From contig CP128820.1 of assembly GCA_051546255.1 (NCBI GenBank), forward strand, positions 868,001-932,000: 64,000 nt of DNA. Reading direction: 5' to 3'. The notes under the pieces are model-generated. The model was not told where the DNA came from and made no database searches. It was given only the letters and a program-made list of their open reading frames with translations. Position 1 is the first letter of the stretch, and the number at the start of each line of letters is the position of its first letter. A program made the translations under genes and the position numbers. The DNA is from Meyerozyma guilliermondii. Lineage: Eukaryota. This document shows, piece after piece, positions 11,098 through 20,947 of the stretch.

Positions 11098-12009
11098 ATG
11101 ACAAAAAGAGATATTCATTTTGAATCACAGGGCTTAAAGTGCGCTGGAACCCTATATCTTCCTCGGGCAGATGACAAGAGGCCAGTCATAGTAATGGCTC
11201 ATGGACTCGGATGTATCAAGGAGATGCGGCTAGATGCTTTCGCAGAGGCATTTAGTATTGCCGGTTACGCATGCCTACTTTTTGACTACAGATATTTTGG
11301 AGCTTCTGAGGGAGAGCCCAGACAACTCTTGGATATTGAGTCTGAGATTAATGACTGGAAAGCTGCAATTGCTTACGCTAGAAGCATTGAGGAAGTCGAT
11401 AACGAGAAGATCATAATATGGGGCTCATCATTTTCTGGTGGCCATGTATTACGATTGGCCGCAATGGATGAAAAGATTCTGGCTGTCGTTGCTCAATGTC
11501 CATTCACTGACGGTATATCATCCAGCATGAAATTGAATTTGATGTCATCGATGAAGTTGGGAACGCTAGCTGCCTGGGACTTGGTAGGATCCAAGATAGG
11601 TAGAAATCCAGTCTATGTTAAGTCTGCAGGAAAACCATCTGAAGCTGCCTTAATGACTGGCCCAGACTGCGAAGATGGGTACTTCAAATTAATTCCAGAC
11701 GGGGACGCAAAGGATAGGTTCCAAAACAAAGTTGCCGCAAGGTTCGTATTCCAGATTATGCGTAGCGCACCTGGGAAGAGCGTACCGAAAATTAAGTGCC
11801 CTGTGCTCTTCTGTATCTGCGACAATGATACCGTAGCGCCAGCAAACAAAACGTATGAATATGCCTCAAAGGCGCAGAAGGGTGTGATAAAACGGTACCC
11901 ATTGGGTCATTTTGATATATACGTTGGCGAAGGCTTTACAACTGCGGTTCATGATCAGCTCCAGTTTTTGTACGAAAAAGTGCCAGTGAGTTCATCGACA
12001 CCTCGCTGA
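11098..12009 (+). CDS. Alpha/beta-fold hydrolase (peptidase S15/AidA-like), bacterial-type
   Basis: VMAHG, FDYRYFGASEGEPRQ, nucleophile elbow WGSSFSGGH, candidate Asp in DNDT, His in GHFDIY. Confidence 0.85.
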   Translation: MTKRDIHFESQGLKCAGTLYLPRADDKRPVIVMAHGLGCIKEMRLDAFAEAFSIAGYACLLFDYRYFGASEGEPRQLLDIESEINDWKAAIAYARSIEEVDNEKIIIWGSSFSGGHVLRLAAMDEKILAVVAQCPFTDGISSSMKLNLMSSMKLGTLAAWDLVGSKIGRNPVYVKSAGKPSEAALMTGPDCEDGYFKLIPDGDAKDRFQNKVAARFVFQIMRSAPGKSVPKIKCPVLFCICDNDTVAPANKTYEYASKAQKGVIKRYPLGHFDIYVGEGFTTAVHDQLQFLYEKVPVSSSTPR

Positions 12010-12207
12010 ATGGATCTGTAATTTATGTATGCTACTTATTTAGAACTAATTAATTATTGCTATTGCTGAACGTTTGGAACCTCGTTAGCTTTGAGTCAAT
12101 TTTATCTCCAAATGCATTTCTACTTTTTTGCAATCGTTTTCATGTAACATGCAGGTCTTGTCGGTGGCAGCTACCTGTGAGATTTTCGACATCGACGGAA
12201 CCTAAGG

Positions 12208-12750
12208 ATGCCTACTGAAAAAAGTGTCGACAAGTTTATTGAGTATGCTTCCAAATTAATTGCAAGCAATCCTCTGGTAACATTATCCACCACATACTCC
12301 AATGAGTCGAAAAAGATCTTGAAAAAACGAGCTAAAAAGAATTCGAGTTCAGAAGACAAAGAACCCTTCGGACTGAAAAATACTGCTGTAATCACATTCA
12401 AATGCTTTGAACCAAGAAGCGGACAGTGCATCAAATACAAAACATATAAGGCTAAAGAGTTATCAAGGTTACTAGCTTTCGTAGGACCTCGTGGTGTGAG
12501 TGTAACCCGAAAGCGTTCAAGAGAATCCGACGATACAGACGACAATATCAAGCGTCACAAAGTAGAAATGCCCCAACAAGTACCAGGATTATCGAGCTTG
12601 ATGAGTAATGTCCCATACAAGGAGGAAGAAGTTCAAGCACCCACAACGTCAGAGGCCGCAAAGGCATCGCCCACACCTGAAGCCAGTCAACAGGAAGCCC
12701 CCACTTCTAAAAGCAAGAACAAGAAGAAGAAAAAGAAGGGAAAGAAGTAG
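12208..12750 (+). CDS. SRP21: Signal recognition particle subunit Srp21 (SRP9-like)
   Basis: FIEYASKL..NP..TLSTTY..VITFKCFEPRSGQCIKYKTYKAKELSRLL; Lys-rich C-terminus. Confidence 0.75.
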   Translation: MPTEKSVDKFIEYASKLIASNPLVTLSTTYSNESKKILKKRAKKNSSSEDKEPFGLKNTAVITFKCFEPRSGQCIKYKTYKAKELSRLLAFVGPRGVSVTRKRSRESDDTDDNIKRHKVEMPQQVPGLSSLMSNVPYKEEEVQAPTTSEAAKASPTPEASQQEAPTSKSKNKKKKKKGKK

Positions 12751-12902
12751 TGTAAACATATATTAAAATCGACTTAATACAACCGAACTCGGTCTGAGAT
12801 CTGTAGCAAGTCAACGAGGCGGAAGGTGAAAAATTAGAGCCCCGAGAAGAACATGAACAAAACATTGATTGATAGCCAGAATAAAAAGGCGCCTCATATC
12901 AG

Positions 12903-13960
12903 TTACCTGAACATACTTTTGAGCTTGGACATGAATCCCTCCTTTTTCACTGACGAACTCTCCTGACTGCGAGTTGACCCGCCTCTAGGTGGAGTTGAAG
13001 GAAATGAACCGGGAACACGGAATTGGTCAACGGAATGATATTCCGAATCTAATACTTGGGAATCACCTGGAATTGGGAACTTTCCATGATCTTGAACTTT
13101 CGTAGCTGAGTTCTTGCTATTCGTAGTAGTATTCTGAAGCAACGCAGAATTATCTAACGAATTTGTAGGAGTATCCATACTTACTCCCATGTCGTCGTGC
13201 TCGACCAATGCTGGGGATTCCTGGCTCTGGACTTCCTCGTAGGATTCAGGTACCGTAGCAGATGAAGACACGGCAGCAAAAGAGGACTCTGTTGTTGAGG
13301 TTTGAGTAAGTCCCTCGGCACCATCAGTGCCAGATTTGGACAAAGGCGTCGTCTTACTTGAAGTTTGAGTGAGTTTCTCGGTATCATCAATACCAGATTT
13401 GGACACAGGGGTTGTCTTGCTTGAAGACGAAGTCACTGACTCTGTGTCCTCAACTAGCTCACTAGCATCGAGGTAGTTATTTTCAATTCCGTTTTCATCG
13501 CGCTCGATTTTGTAGTCTCCGCTCACTTCCCAATCGGCGTCATCAATAACGAACTTGAACACTAGTTTTTGTCGTTTGGGAACCTTCACAGTTGCCGTGA
13601 ACTGACCAGAATCGAGTTTCAGTGCTTTCAAACTTCTCGACCAATCATCAAAGTTTCCGGTGACTTCCACAGTTTGCGGACCGCCCAGGGGCCTGTTGTT
13701 AGTGATTATTCCACTAGTTCTGGGTTGCACATTGGTCTCGGAATTTCCACACGTGTCCATTCTAGAGTGATAAACCCAACAGGGCTCGAAGAAAGTCGAA
13801 AACTGCCCTGCAAGGTATAAAGAAAAGTACTCCGAATCGAACACCGCAGCCATGAAATCCCTGAATGACCACCAATTTCCAAATCGAAGTGAAAGACAGC
13901 ATCGCGCAAGTCCACACTCAAGCGATATACATACCATTTCAAATCAAAACTGTACACCAT
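12903..13960 (-). CDS. Crp1/Mdg1-like protein with AMPK-type glycogen-binding (CBM48-like) domain; 2 exons (13960-13935, 13692-12903)
   Basis: Spliced N-terminus MVYSFDLKW/P..GPQTVEVTGNFDDWS..FKFVID..W; intron GTATGT(13934)...CACTAAC..CAG(13693). Confidence 0.85.
13301..13425 (-). repeat. 60-nt (20-aa) internal tandem duplication in the Crp1/Mdg1-like gene
   Basis: SSKTTPVSKSGIDDTEKLTQT followed by SSKTTPLSKSGTDGAEGLTQT. Confidence 0.85.
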
Positions 13961-14461
13961 CAAAGCAAACAAAATGTTTTTCAAGTGAAGATTTTTTCAA
14001 GGTATTCGCGTGTGGTTAATGCCCCTTTGGCAGCCGATCTGATCTGCAGGCATCGCCTTATCGCCCAAAGCCCCACGCACTCCGCCAGAAACACACACAG
14101 GACAATGCGCCGCACTCGCCCGCACCCTTGGCGCATCACTTTTCAGATTTTCAGCCACTATGCAGGATACTATATACGTCACAGAGACTGCTAAAGTTCC
14201 CTGCAAGTGTCAGTGTACATCATCTAACATATAACTGAGATGAATGACCTAGCCGCGCTCGGTTGCATGAAATGTTTTTGATTTGCTGTAAGGTGGTTCA
14301 TTACCCCGCTTCGCAACCAAATATAAATATAGGCTGTTGAAGCGGATACCTAAATAATATCAACTTGTTCAGAGTTTGAAACCTATACTGTTGCTTTAAA
14401 ATTGAGATACGAATAAGTTCTCACATAATTGGGAAATAGATTGAATTTAATTCCCACGATA

Positions 14462-15220
14462 ATGTCACGAAACCTTATCAGCCTAATATTAAGCTTATTA
14501 CTTATTATCACGCCTACACTATGTTTTAACCACACTCAGCATTCGAATAAAGTCTGTTTTTTGCTATTATACTCGCGGCGATACCGCGAATCTGATGAGG
14601 TCCACCACCGTTACATAACCACCAATGATGGAACCATCAGAAGAGCACTTAATATTTACAAAGCAGACACACTGGAACCATTCGTCACTGTTGTTGACTA
14701 TGATGTTGATGCATTAATCGATAGTATATCAGGACTTGACGAACGTGGTGAGAATAGGACATACGTTCCTGATATGGACTACTGTTCTTACTTGCGCATT
14801 ATGAAGTCCAAAACTCACAAGAGTGCAAACTTGGAGGAAAGACGAGTGATTGAGCAGTATGACAAATATCACCGACGTTCTAACCAACTTGAAACAGTCG
14901 AAACCGAAGAAGGTAAAGAAAAACTTAGTCTGTCTTGTACAACGGATACGAATTGTACTAGGTATGGCGACTCGTGTAACAAACGTGAAGTTGAAGTTTG
15001 TTTAATGAATACCGAAACCTGTAAAAGACTTGAGGGGGGTGACGTATCTAGAGGAACGACTTGTGCTCGTATCTTTCTTATAGTCATTTGGTGTAAGGTG
15101 TTTGGAGTTTCATTTAATGTAGATACCTTTTTAGCAAAGGTTAATCAACAATTGATACTCAATATAATAGCACATCTTGGCTTCGATTTCAACAGGCTAG
15201 GTTGCTTCAGAGCTACATAA
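14462..15220 (+). CDS. Secreted prepro-protein with Cys-rich C-terminal segment, copy 1
   Basis: ATG 14462, signal peptide MSRNLISLILSLLLIITPTLC, open frame of 252 aa; Cys segment CTTDTNCTRYGDSCNKREVEVCLMNTETCKR. Confidence 0.75.
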   Translation: MSRNLISLILSLLLIITPTLCFNHTQHSNKVCFLLLYSRRYRESDEVHHRYITTNDGTIRRALNIYKADTLEPFVTVVDYDVDALIDSISGLDERGENRTYVPDMDYCSYLRIMKSKTHKSANLEERRVIEQYDKYHRRSNQLETVETEEGKEKLSLSCTTDTNCTRYGDSCNKREVEVCLMNTETCKRLEGGDVSRGTTCARIFLIVIWCKVFGVSFNVDTFLAKVNQQLILNIIAHLGFDFNRLGCFRAT

Positions 15221-15559
15221 TGGTATGCTCTGAGTCACATAATCTGACAACTTCGTAAATCACTTCGCGCTCCAATTTTGCAGCGCTGACATAAGCCGAC
15301 TCTATATGCAATGACGGGGACTGCAAAAGTTGCCTAACAGTATCCAGTGATGCATCATCTAGCATATTAAGGGGAGATGAATGACCTAGCCGCGTTCAAA
15401 TGCATGAAATAGAAATTAAATACGGTAAGGCTCACTACCCCGCTTTACAATCAAGTATAAATATAGGCTATTGGAAGCGTATACCTTAGGGGAAAGTATA
15501 TTACTTGTGTCAGAGTTTGATACTTCTATTGTCTCTGGGAGTACACATAAGGACTACGT

Positions 15560-16300
15560 TCTCACATGATTTGGAAAACATATTGAATGCCATAATCCTT
15601 TATCAGCTTAAGATTAGCCTCTTTACTCACTATCATGTCTACACTATGTTTTAACCACACTCAGCATTCGAATAAAGTCTGTTTTTTGCTATTACAATCC
15701 CGGCTATACCGCGAATCTGATGAGGTCCACCACCATTACATAACCACCAATGATGGAACCATCAGAAGAGCACTTAACGTTTACAAAGCAGACACACTGG
15801 AACCATTTGTCACTGTTGTTGACTATGATGTTGATGTATTGGTCAATAGTATGTCAGGATTCAACGAACGTGGTGAGAATAGGACATACGTTCCTGATAT
15901 GGACTACTGTTCGTACTTGCGCATTATGAGGTATAAAACTCACAAGAGTGCAAACTTGGAGGAAAGACGAGTGATTGAGCAGTATGACAAATACCATCGA
16001 CATTCTAACGAACTTTGAAACAGCCAAAACTGAAATTTCTAGAGAACAGCAATCGTAGGTTTTTCAAACGGAGACGTATTTGTTAGATATGGCGAGTTGT
16101 GTAACAAATGTGAAGTTGAACTTTGGTCAATGAATGACGGAACAGTGAAGGACTGGAAGGAGGTGAAGTGTCTAGAGGGATGACTTGTGCTCTATGCATC
16201 TTTTGTATAGATACTACAAAAAAGCACAAGTCCTTTGGACTTTCATCCAATGTCGATAGCTTTCTATTTAGGGAATAATCAACAATTGAATCTCAAGAAA
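15560..16300 (+). pseudogene. Secreted prepro-protein, copy 2 (disrupted)
   Basis: 5' deletion removes the start and part of the signal peptide; an extra T (aacttTgaa) gives TGA at 16016; further TAG downstream; Cys remnant YGELCNKCEVELWSMN out of frame. Confidence 0.8.
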
Positions 16301-16852
16301 TCATACATAGTAGCGCATCATGGTTTTCGGTATTCAGCAGGTAGCCCAGAGCTACATAATGGTATACTCCGAGTCACATAATTTGGAAAGCTTCGTATTT
16401 CCTTTGTGCTTCCACTTTTCCAGCTTGTCTGTGGGCACTACCTACACCATATGCAGGACTATCATGAACTACTGCTATATGCAGTGTTTGTGGCTGCTAA
16501 AACGCCTGCCAGTGTCGTGATACACCATCTACCATAACTAGAAAAAATAACCTAGCACCGCTCGAGTGCGTAAAAGGTATGTGTAATACAGTAATACTGC
16601 TCATTTCCACGCTTCACAACCACCTATAAATGTAGGCTGTTGGAAGGGGATACCCTAGTTGAAATAACACTAACTCGTGTCAGCATTTGATACTCATATC
16701 GTTCCTAAGAAGTACAAATACGAACTGCGTTCCACATTGAATTCTTGAATAAGTTGTAAAAACCTAGTATCTGATCAGATTATATCTTAAGTCACCATTA
16801 CCTACGTTAACGCAAGCTGGAAAACTTAATCATTATATCACGTAATTGTGCC

Positions 16853-17674
16853 ATGAAGGTGTCAAGTTCAGTCTTCTCTCTTTTTACCAAAAGACGGGGT
16901 TATCCGGTCTCACATAATTTGGAAAACGGATTGAATGTCATTCCTACGATATTGTCACGAAACTTTATCAGCTTAATATTGGTCTTATTACTCCTTACCT
17001 CGCCCACACTATGTTTGAGCCATAGTACACATTCGAATAAAGTCTGTTACTTGCTATTACACTCCCGGCTACACCGTGAGTCTGATATCATCCACCACCA
17101 TTATATAACCACCAACGATGGAACCATCAGAAAAGCACTTAATATCTACACAGCAAACACGCTGGAACCATTAGTCACTGTTGTTGGCAATGATGTTGAT
17201 GTATTGGTCAATAGTATGTCAGGACTTAACGAACTTGGTGACGACATGACATACGTATCTGAATTTGACTACTGTTCTTACTTGTGCATTATGAAGTCTA
17301 AAACTCACACGAGTGCAAACTTGGAGGAAAGACGAGTGATTGAGCAGTATGACAAATATCACCGACATTCTAACCAACTTGAAACTGTCGAAGACGAGTT
17401 ACCTAGAGAAAAACGATCGCAGGCATGTCCTCCTTCTATAAAATGTAAAGTGAGACATGATTGTGTTAAATATGGCGATTTGTGTAACACATGTGAAGTT
17501 GAAGTTTGGTCAATGAATACCGGAACTTGTAAAGGAGAAGATGAACATGAAACATATAGAGGAGCTACCGGTCCTTTAGGTATCTTTCATGAGTTTCGTG
17601 CAAGTAGGGGTACGTTTCTTGAGACCGTTCACTTCATGTCGATAGCTTTCTATAAAAAAGGAGTCAGCAATTGA
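16853..17674 (+). CDS. Secreted prepro-protein with KR site and six-Cys knottin-like peptide, copy 3
   Basis: Hydrophobic stretch FISLILVLLLLTSPTLC; EKR|SQACPPSIKCKVRHDCVKYGDLCNTCEVEVWSMNTGTCK; position of the copy-1 ATG is TTG here, upstream in-frame ATG at 16853. Confidence 0.75.
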   Translation: MKVSSSVFSLFTKRRGYPVSHNLENGLNVIPTILSRNFISLILVLLLLTSPTLCLSHSTHSNKVCYLLLHSRLHRESDIIHHHYITTNDGTIRKALNIYTANTLEPLVTVVGNDVDVLVNSMSGLNELGDDMTYVSEFDYCSYLCIMKSKTHTSANLEERRVIEQYDKYHRHSNQLETVEDELPREKRSQACPPSIKCKVRHDCVKYGDLCNTCEVEVWSMNTGTCKGEDEHETYRGATGPLGIFHEFRASRGTFLETVHFMSIAFYKKGVSN

Positions 17675-18240
17675 TCCTCAAGAAGTCATACATGGTAGCA
17701 CATCATGGTTGTCGCTATTCAACAAGCTAGGTAGCCCAAAACTACGTAATGCTATACTCCGAGTCATCCAATCTGCTGTTAAACTAGATTACTGGGGAAC
17801 CTACAAAAGGAGATGCCACCGGCGGTAATGACAACGGTTTGAACAAATATATCGCTAGCTAAGAAATATATACGATTGAAGAACGAGTTACTGGAATAAT
17901 TGGCAGCCATTCCAGGTTAATCTCAGCTGCCACCAACAACAACACTCACGTGAGAACAGTCTGACCTACACAGAGTCTCCAGACCCATAGAGACCCAGCG
18001 GAATTCTTTTACCAATATACCACACCTGTATATTGGCCCGGAAAATCTAGTTCCCTACATCTGCACAGCTGCCTACTTCCTTCGCGCTTCCACTTTTCCA
18101 GCTGTCTGTAGGCACACGCCCAGCTCTCTCACCCACACGCAGGAGCGAAAAATCGCTACGTAGACACTCGTGTCATAAGCGCGTTCAACTTCGCTCACCT
18201 GTTCTGCTAACAAGTTCCTAGTAATTTTTCGCTTGCAAAA

Positions 18241-20781
18241 ATGTCAAAGAAAGGACAAGCGAAGCCAGTGCCACAAAGCGATGGTATCTGTGCGGAACTC
18301 GACGTAGATCCAGTTCCTGAACTCAAGTTCGCCAAAGGTTATTCCAGAGAGTTCTTGGTGACTGCTCCTTCACCAATTGCTACCAAGGCAAAGAAGTTGT
18401 CGTCCAAAGAGATCTTGGCACTCGGGGCTCTTTTGTTAATCACCACCTTTGTTCGTTGTAAAGATCTCGCACTGCCAAATTCAGTTGTGTTTGATGAAGT
18501 TCATTTTGGTGGTTTCTCCAGAAAGTACGTTCTTGGTCTGTACTTCATGGATGTACATCCACCTCTTGCAAAGATGCTTCTCGCTGCTGTGTCGTCCATG
18601 GCAGGTTATGATGGGGAATTTTTATTCAAAACCATTGGTGATACTTTCGAAGGTAATACTCCATACTACTACATGCGGTTGTTCCCAGCTATCTTGGGTG
18701 TCTTCACTGTATTGTTGTGTTACTTGACACTTCGCCACTCCGGTTGTAGGCCATTGGTGTGTCTTGCTACCGCTTCAGTGTTGGCAATTGAGAACGCAAA
18801 CGTCACTATTTCCCGGTATATTCTTCTCGACTCCCCACTTATGTTCTTCATCGCCGCTAGCATCTACGCTTTGAAGAAATTTGAGACTCAGCTGCCATTC
18901 TCCATTGGCTGGTTCAAGAGCTTGATCGCTTGCGGTATAGCCCTTGGATTGGCTGTGAGTTCAAAGTGGGTAGGATTATTCACTATTGCCTGGGTTGGAA
19001 TTAGCTGTGTGTTCCAGCTTTGGTTTGTCATTGGTGATTTGACTGTAAGTGCAAAAAAAGTATTCTGGCACATTACACTCCGTGGAGCCATCTTATTAGG
19101 TGTCCCTGCTGTATTGTACTACACGTTTTTCGTTGTTCACTTTCAGGTTTTAACTAACGATGGTGATGGCTCTGCTTTCATGTCTAGCGCGTTCCGCTCG
19201 ACTTTGAACGGCAACACTATACCTCGTGACATCCCGGCACCAGTTGGTTTGGGTTCCATTGTGTCAATTCGTCACTTGAACACACAAGGTGGATACCTTC
19301 ACTCTCACGCCCACTTCTACCCAACGGGAAGTAAACAGCAACAAATCACATTATATCCTCACTTGGACTCCAACAACGACTGGATAATCGAACCATATAA
19401 TGACACTATTCCTGATCATTTTGTGCCTCTCACTAACGGTATGAAAATCAGATTGAAACATGCTAATACAGGCAGAAGATTACACTCTCATGACGAGAAG
19501 GCTCCAGTCAGTGAAAGAGACTGGCAAAAGGAAGCTTCTTGTTATGGATACGAGGGATTTGGAGGTGATGCCAACGATGATTTCACCGTTGAAATTGTGC
19601 CTCACAAGTCTGCTCCCGGCAAAGCTCAAGAAGATGTGCGTGCGATCGAAACAGTTTTCAGATTGAGACATGCCATGACTGGACAATATCTCTTCTCTAG
19701 TGAAGTGAAACTCCCAGAATGGGGGTTTGAACAACAAGAAGTTACCACTGCTTCGCAAGGTGCTCGTCCCTTGACCCATTGGTATATCGAGACAAACATT
19801 AATCCTCGTCTTGTGGATCCAGAGATCATTAACTACCCAGTATTGTCTTACTGGGACAAATTTGTTGAGTCTCACAAAGTGATGTGGAAGATCAACCAAG
19901 GACTCACTGAAGTTCACGCATGGCAATCCAACCCTTCTCTGTGGCCATTGTTGCTCAGAGGCATCAATTACTGGGTCAAAGATAACAAGCAAGTTTACCT
20001 TTTAGGTAATGCCGTAACATGGTGGGTTTCCACCTTGGCTTTGGTTGTATTTGGTGTACATGCCGTTGTCTCCCTTGTTAGGTGGCAAGTTGGAGCCAGA
20101 GTTGCAACAAACAAGAACGTGTTCAATTACAACTCACAGGTATTCTTATACTCCATCGGCTGGTTCCTCCATTACTTCCCATTCTTCATCATGGGACGTC
20201 AATTATTCTTGCACCATTACCTTCCAGCGTATTACTTTGCCATATTGGCATTGGGACAGTTTTTGGACATTTTCGTGAATTACATTATTGCATTCAACAA
20301 GACCACTCGTAAAATTGGATATCTTGTTGTGGCTATATTTGTGTCAATTAGCGTTTTGTTCTACGTTCACTACTCCTCATTGATTTATGGCTCTCCATGG
20401 ACTAGAGCTGCCTGTGAATCGTCTAAGGCGTTGAGCTCATGGGACTACGAATGTTACAGATTCCACGACTCATTGGCAGACTACTCTTCAGCCGCGGAAA
20501 AATCACTTACATCGCTGAACGTTGCAAAACCAATGGACAACCTTGAAGTAAAAGAAGCAAAGGAGACAGTACACATCATTAAGTCAAGGGCACAATCAGA
20601 GGCTCACGAGTCTGAGACTAGCAAGAAGAACGAGCCAGTTCAAGCAGAGCAAGAAGAAGGCGTTGCTCCCCCACAAGCCGTCGACATTGATGAGACCAAG
20701 AAGGAGGATGATGCTCAAGCTGCTCCACAGGTAGCAGAAGTCGATCAAATTGTAGAGAGTGAACCTGTCCAAAACAACTAA
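18241..20781 (+). CDS. PMT1: Dolichyl-phosphate-mannose protein O-mannosyltransferase
   Basis: VVFDEVHFGGF, FMDVHPPLAKML, SKWVGLFT, MIR domains, GRQLFLHHYLPA. Confidence 0.93.
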   Translation: MSKKGQAKPVPQSDGICAELDVDPVPELKFAKGYSREFLVTAPSPIATKAKKLSSKEILALGALLLITTFVRCKDLALPNSVVFDEVHFGGFSRKYVLGLYFMDVHPPLAKMLLAAVSSMAGYDGEFLFKTIGDTFEGNTPYYYMRLFPAILGVFTVLLCYLTLRHSGCRPLVCLATASVLAIENANVTISRYILLDSPLMFFIAASIYALKKFETQLPFSIGWFKSLIACGIALGLAVSSKWVGLFTIAWVGISCVFQLWFVIGDLTVSAKKVFWHITLRGAILLGVPAVLYYTFFVVHFQVLTNDGDGSAFMSSAFRSTLNGNTIPRDIPAPVGLGSIVSIRHLNTQGGYLHSHAHFYPTGSKQQQITLYPHLDSNNDWIIEPYNDTIPDHFVPLTNGMKIRLKHANTGRRLHSHDEKAPVSERDWQKEASCYGYEGFGGDANDDFTVEIVPHKSAPGKAQEDVRAIETVFRLRHAMTGQYLFSSEVKLPEWGFEQQEVTTASQGARPLTHWYIETNINPRLVDPEIINYPVLSYWDKFVESHKVMWKINQGLTEVHAWQSNPSLWPLLLRGINYWVKDNKQVYLLGNAVTWWVSTLALVVFGVHAVVSLVRWQVGARVATNKNVFNYNSQVFLYSIGWFLHYFPFFIMGRQLFLHHYLPAYYFAILALGQFLDIFVNYIIAFNKTTRKIGYLVVAIFVSISVLFYVHYSSLIYGSPWTRAACESSKALSSWDYECYRFHDSLADYSSAAEKSLTSLNVAKPMDNLEVKEAKETVHIIKSRAQSEAHESETSKKNEPVQAEQEEGVAPPQAVDIDETKKEDDAQAAPQVAEVDQIVESEPVQNN

Positions 20782-20947
20782 GTTGTTATTCCGCGAGCTG
20801 AAATGAAGGTGGGAAAAGCTGATCAGAAGCAAAGACCATCAATAGGATAAATATATGATCCAGGTACAAGTATCTTCTACATCTACGCACCCGCTATGAA
20901 ACCGAATATTGAAGCGCGCTCTCAATCTTTAATCGAAACTTATAGCT

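Larger units (their letters stand above)
14150..17770 (+). repeat. Three-copy tandem gene array, unit ~1.15 kb including promoter, CDS and 3' flank
   Basis: Homologous TATA boxes at 14322, 15456, 16625; homologous CDSs; shared 3' flank motif GAGTCA(C/T) near 15232, 16371, 17761. Confidence 0.95.

Noticed and set aside
14857..14897. GTATGA...TTCTAAC...CAG 41-nt pseudo-intron inside the array CDS
   Set aside because: Splicing gives a stop within a few codons in copies 1 and 2, the acceptor is CTG in copy 3, and the unspliced frame runs correctly into the Cys segment
14150..17770. Array as LTRs/transposon or CRISPR
   Set aside because: No TG..CA termini, TIRs, or gag/pol/transposase motifs; units are whole promoter+gene copies in a eukaryote
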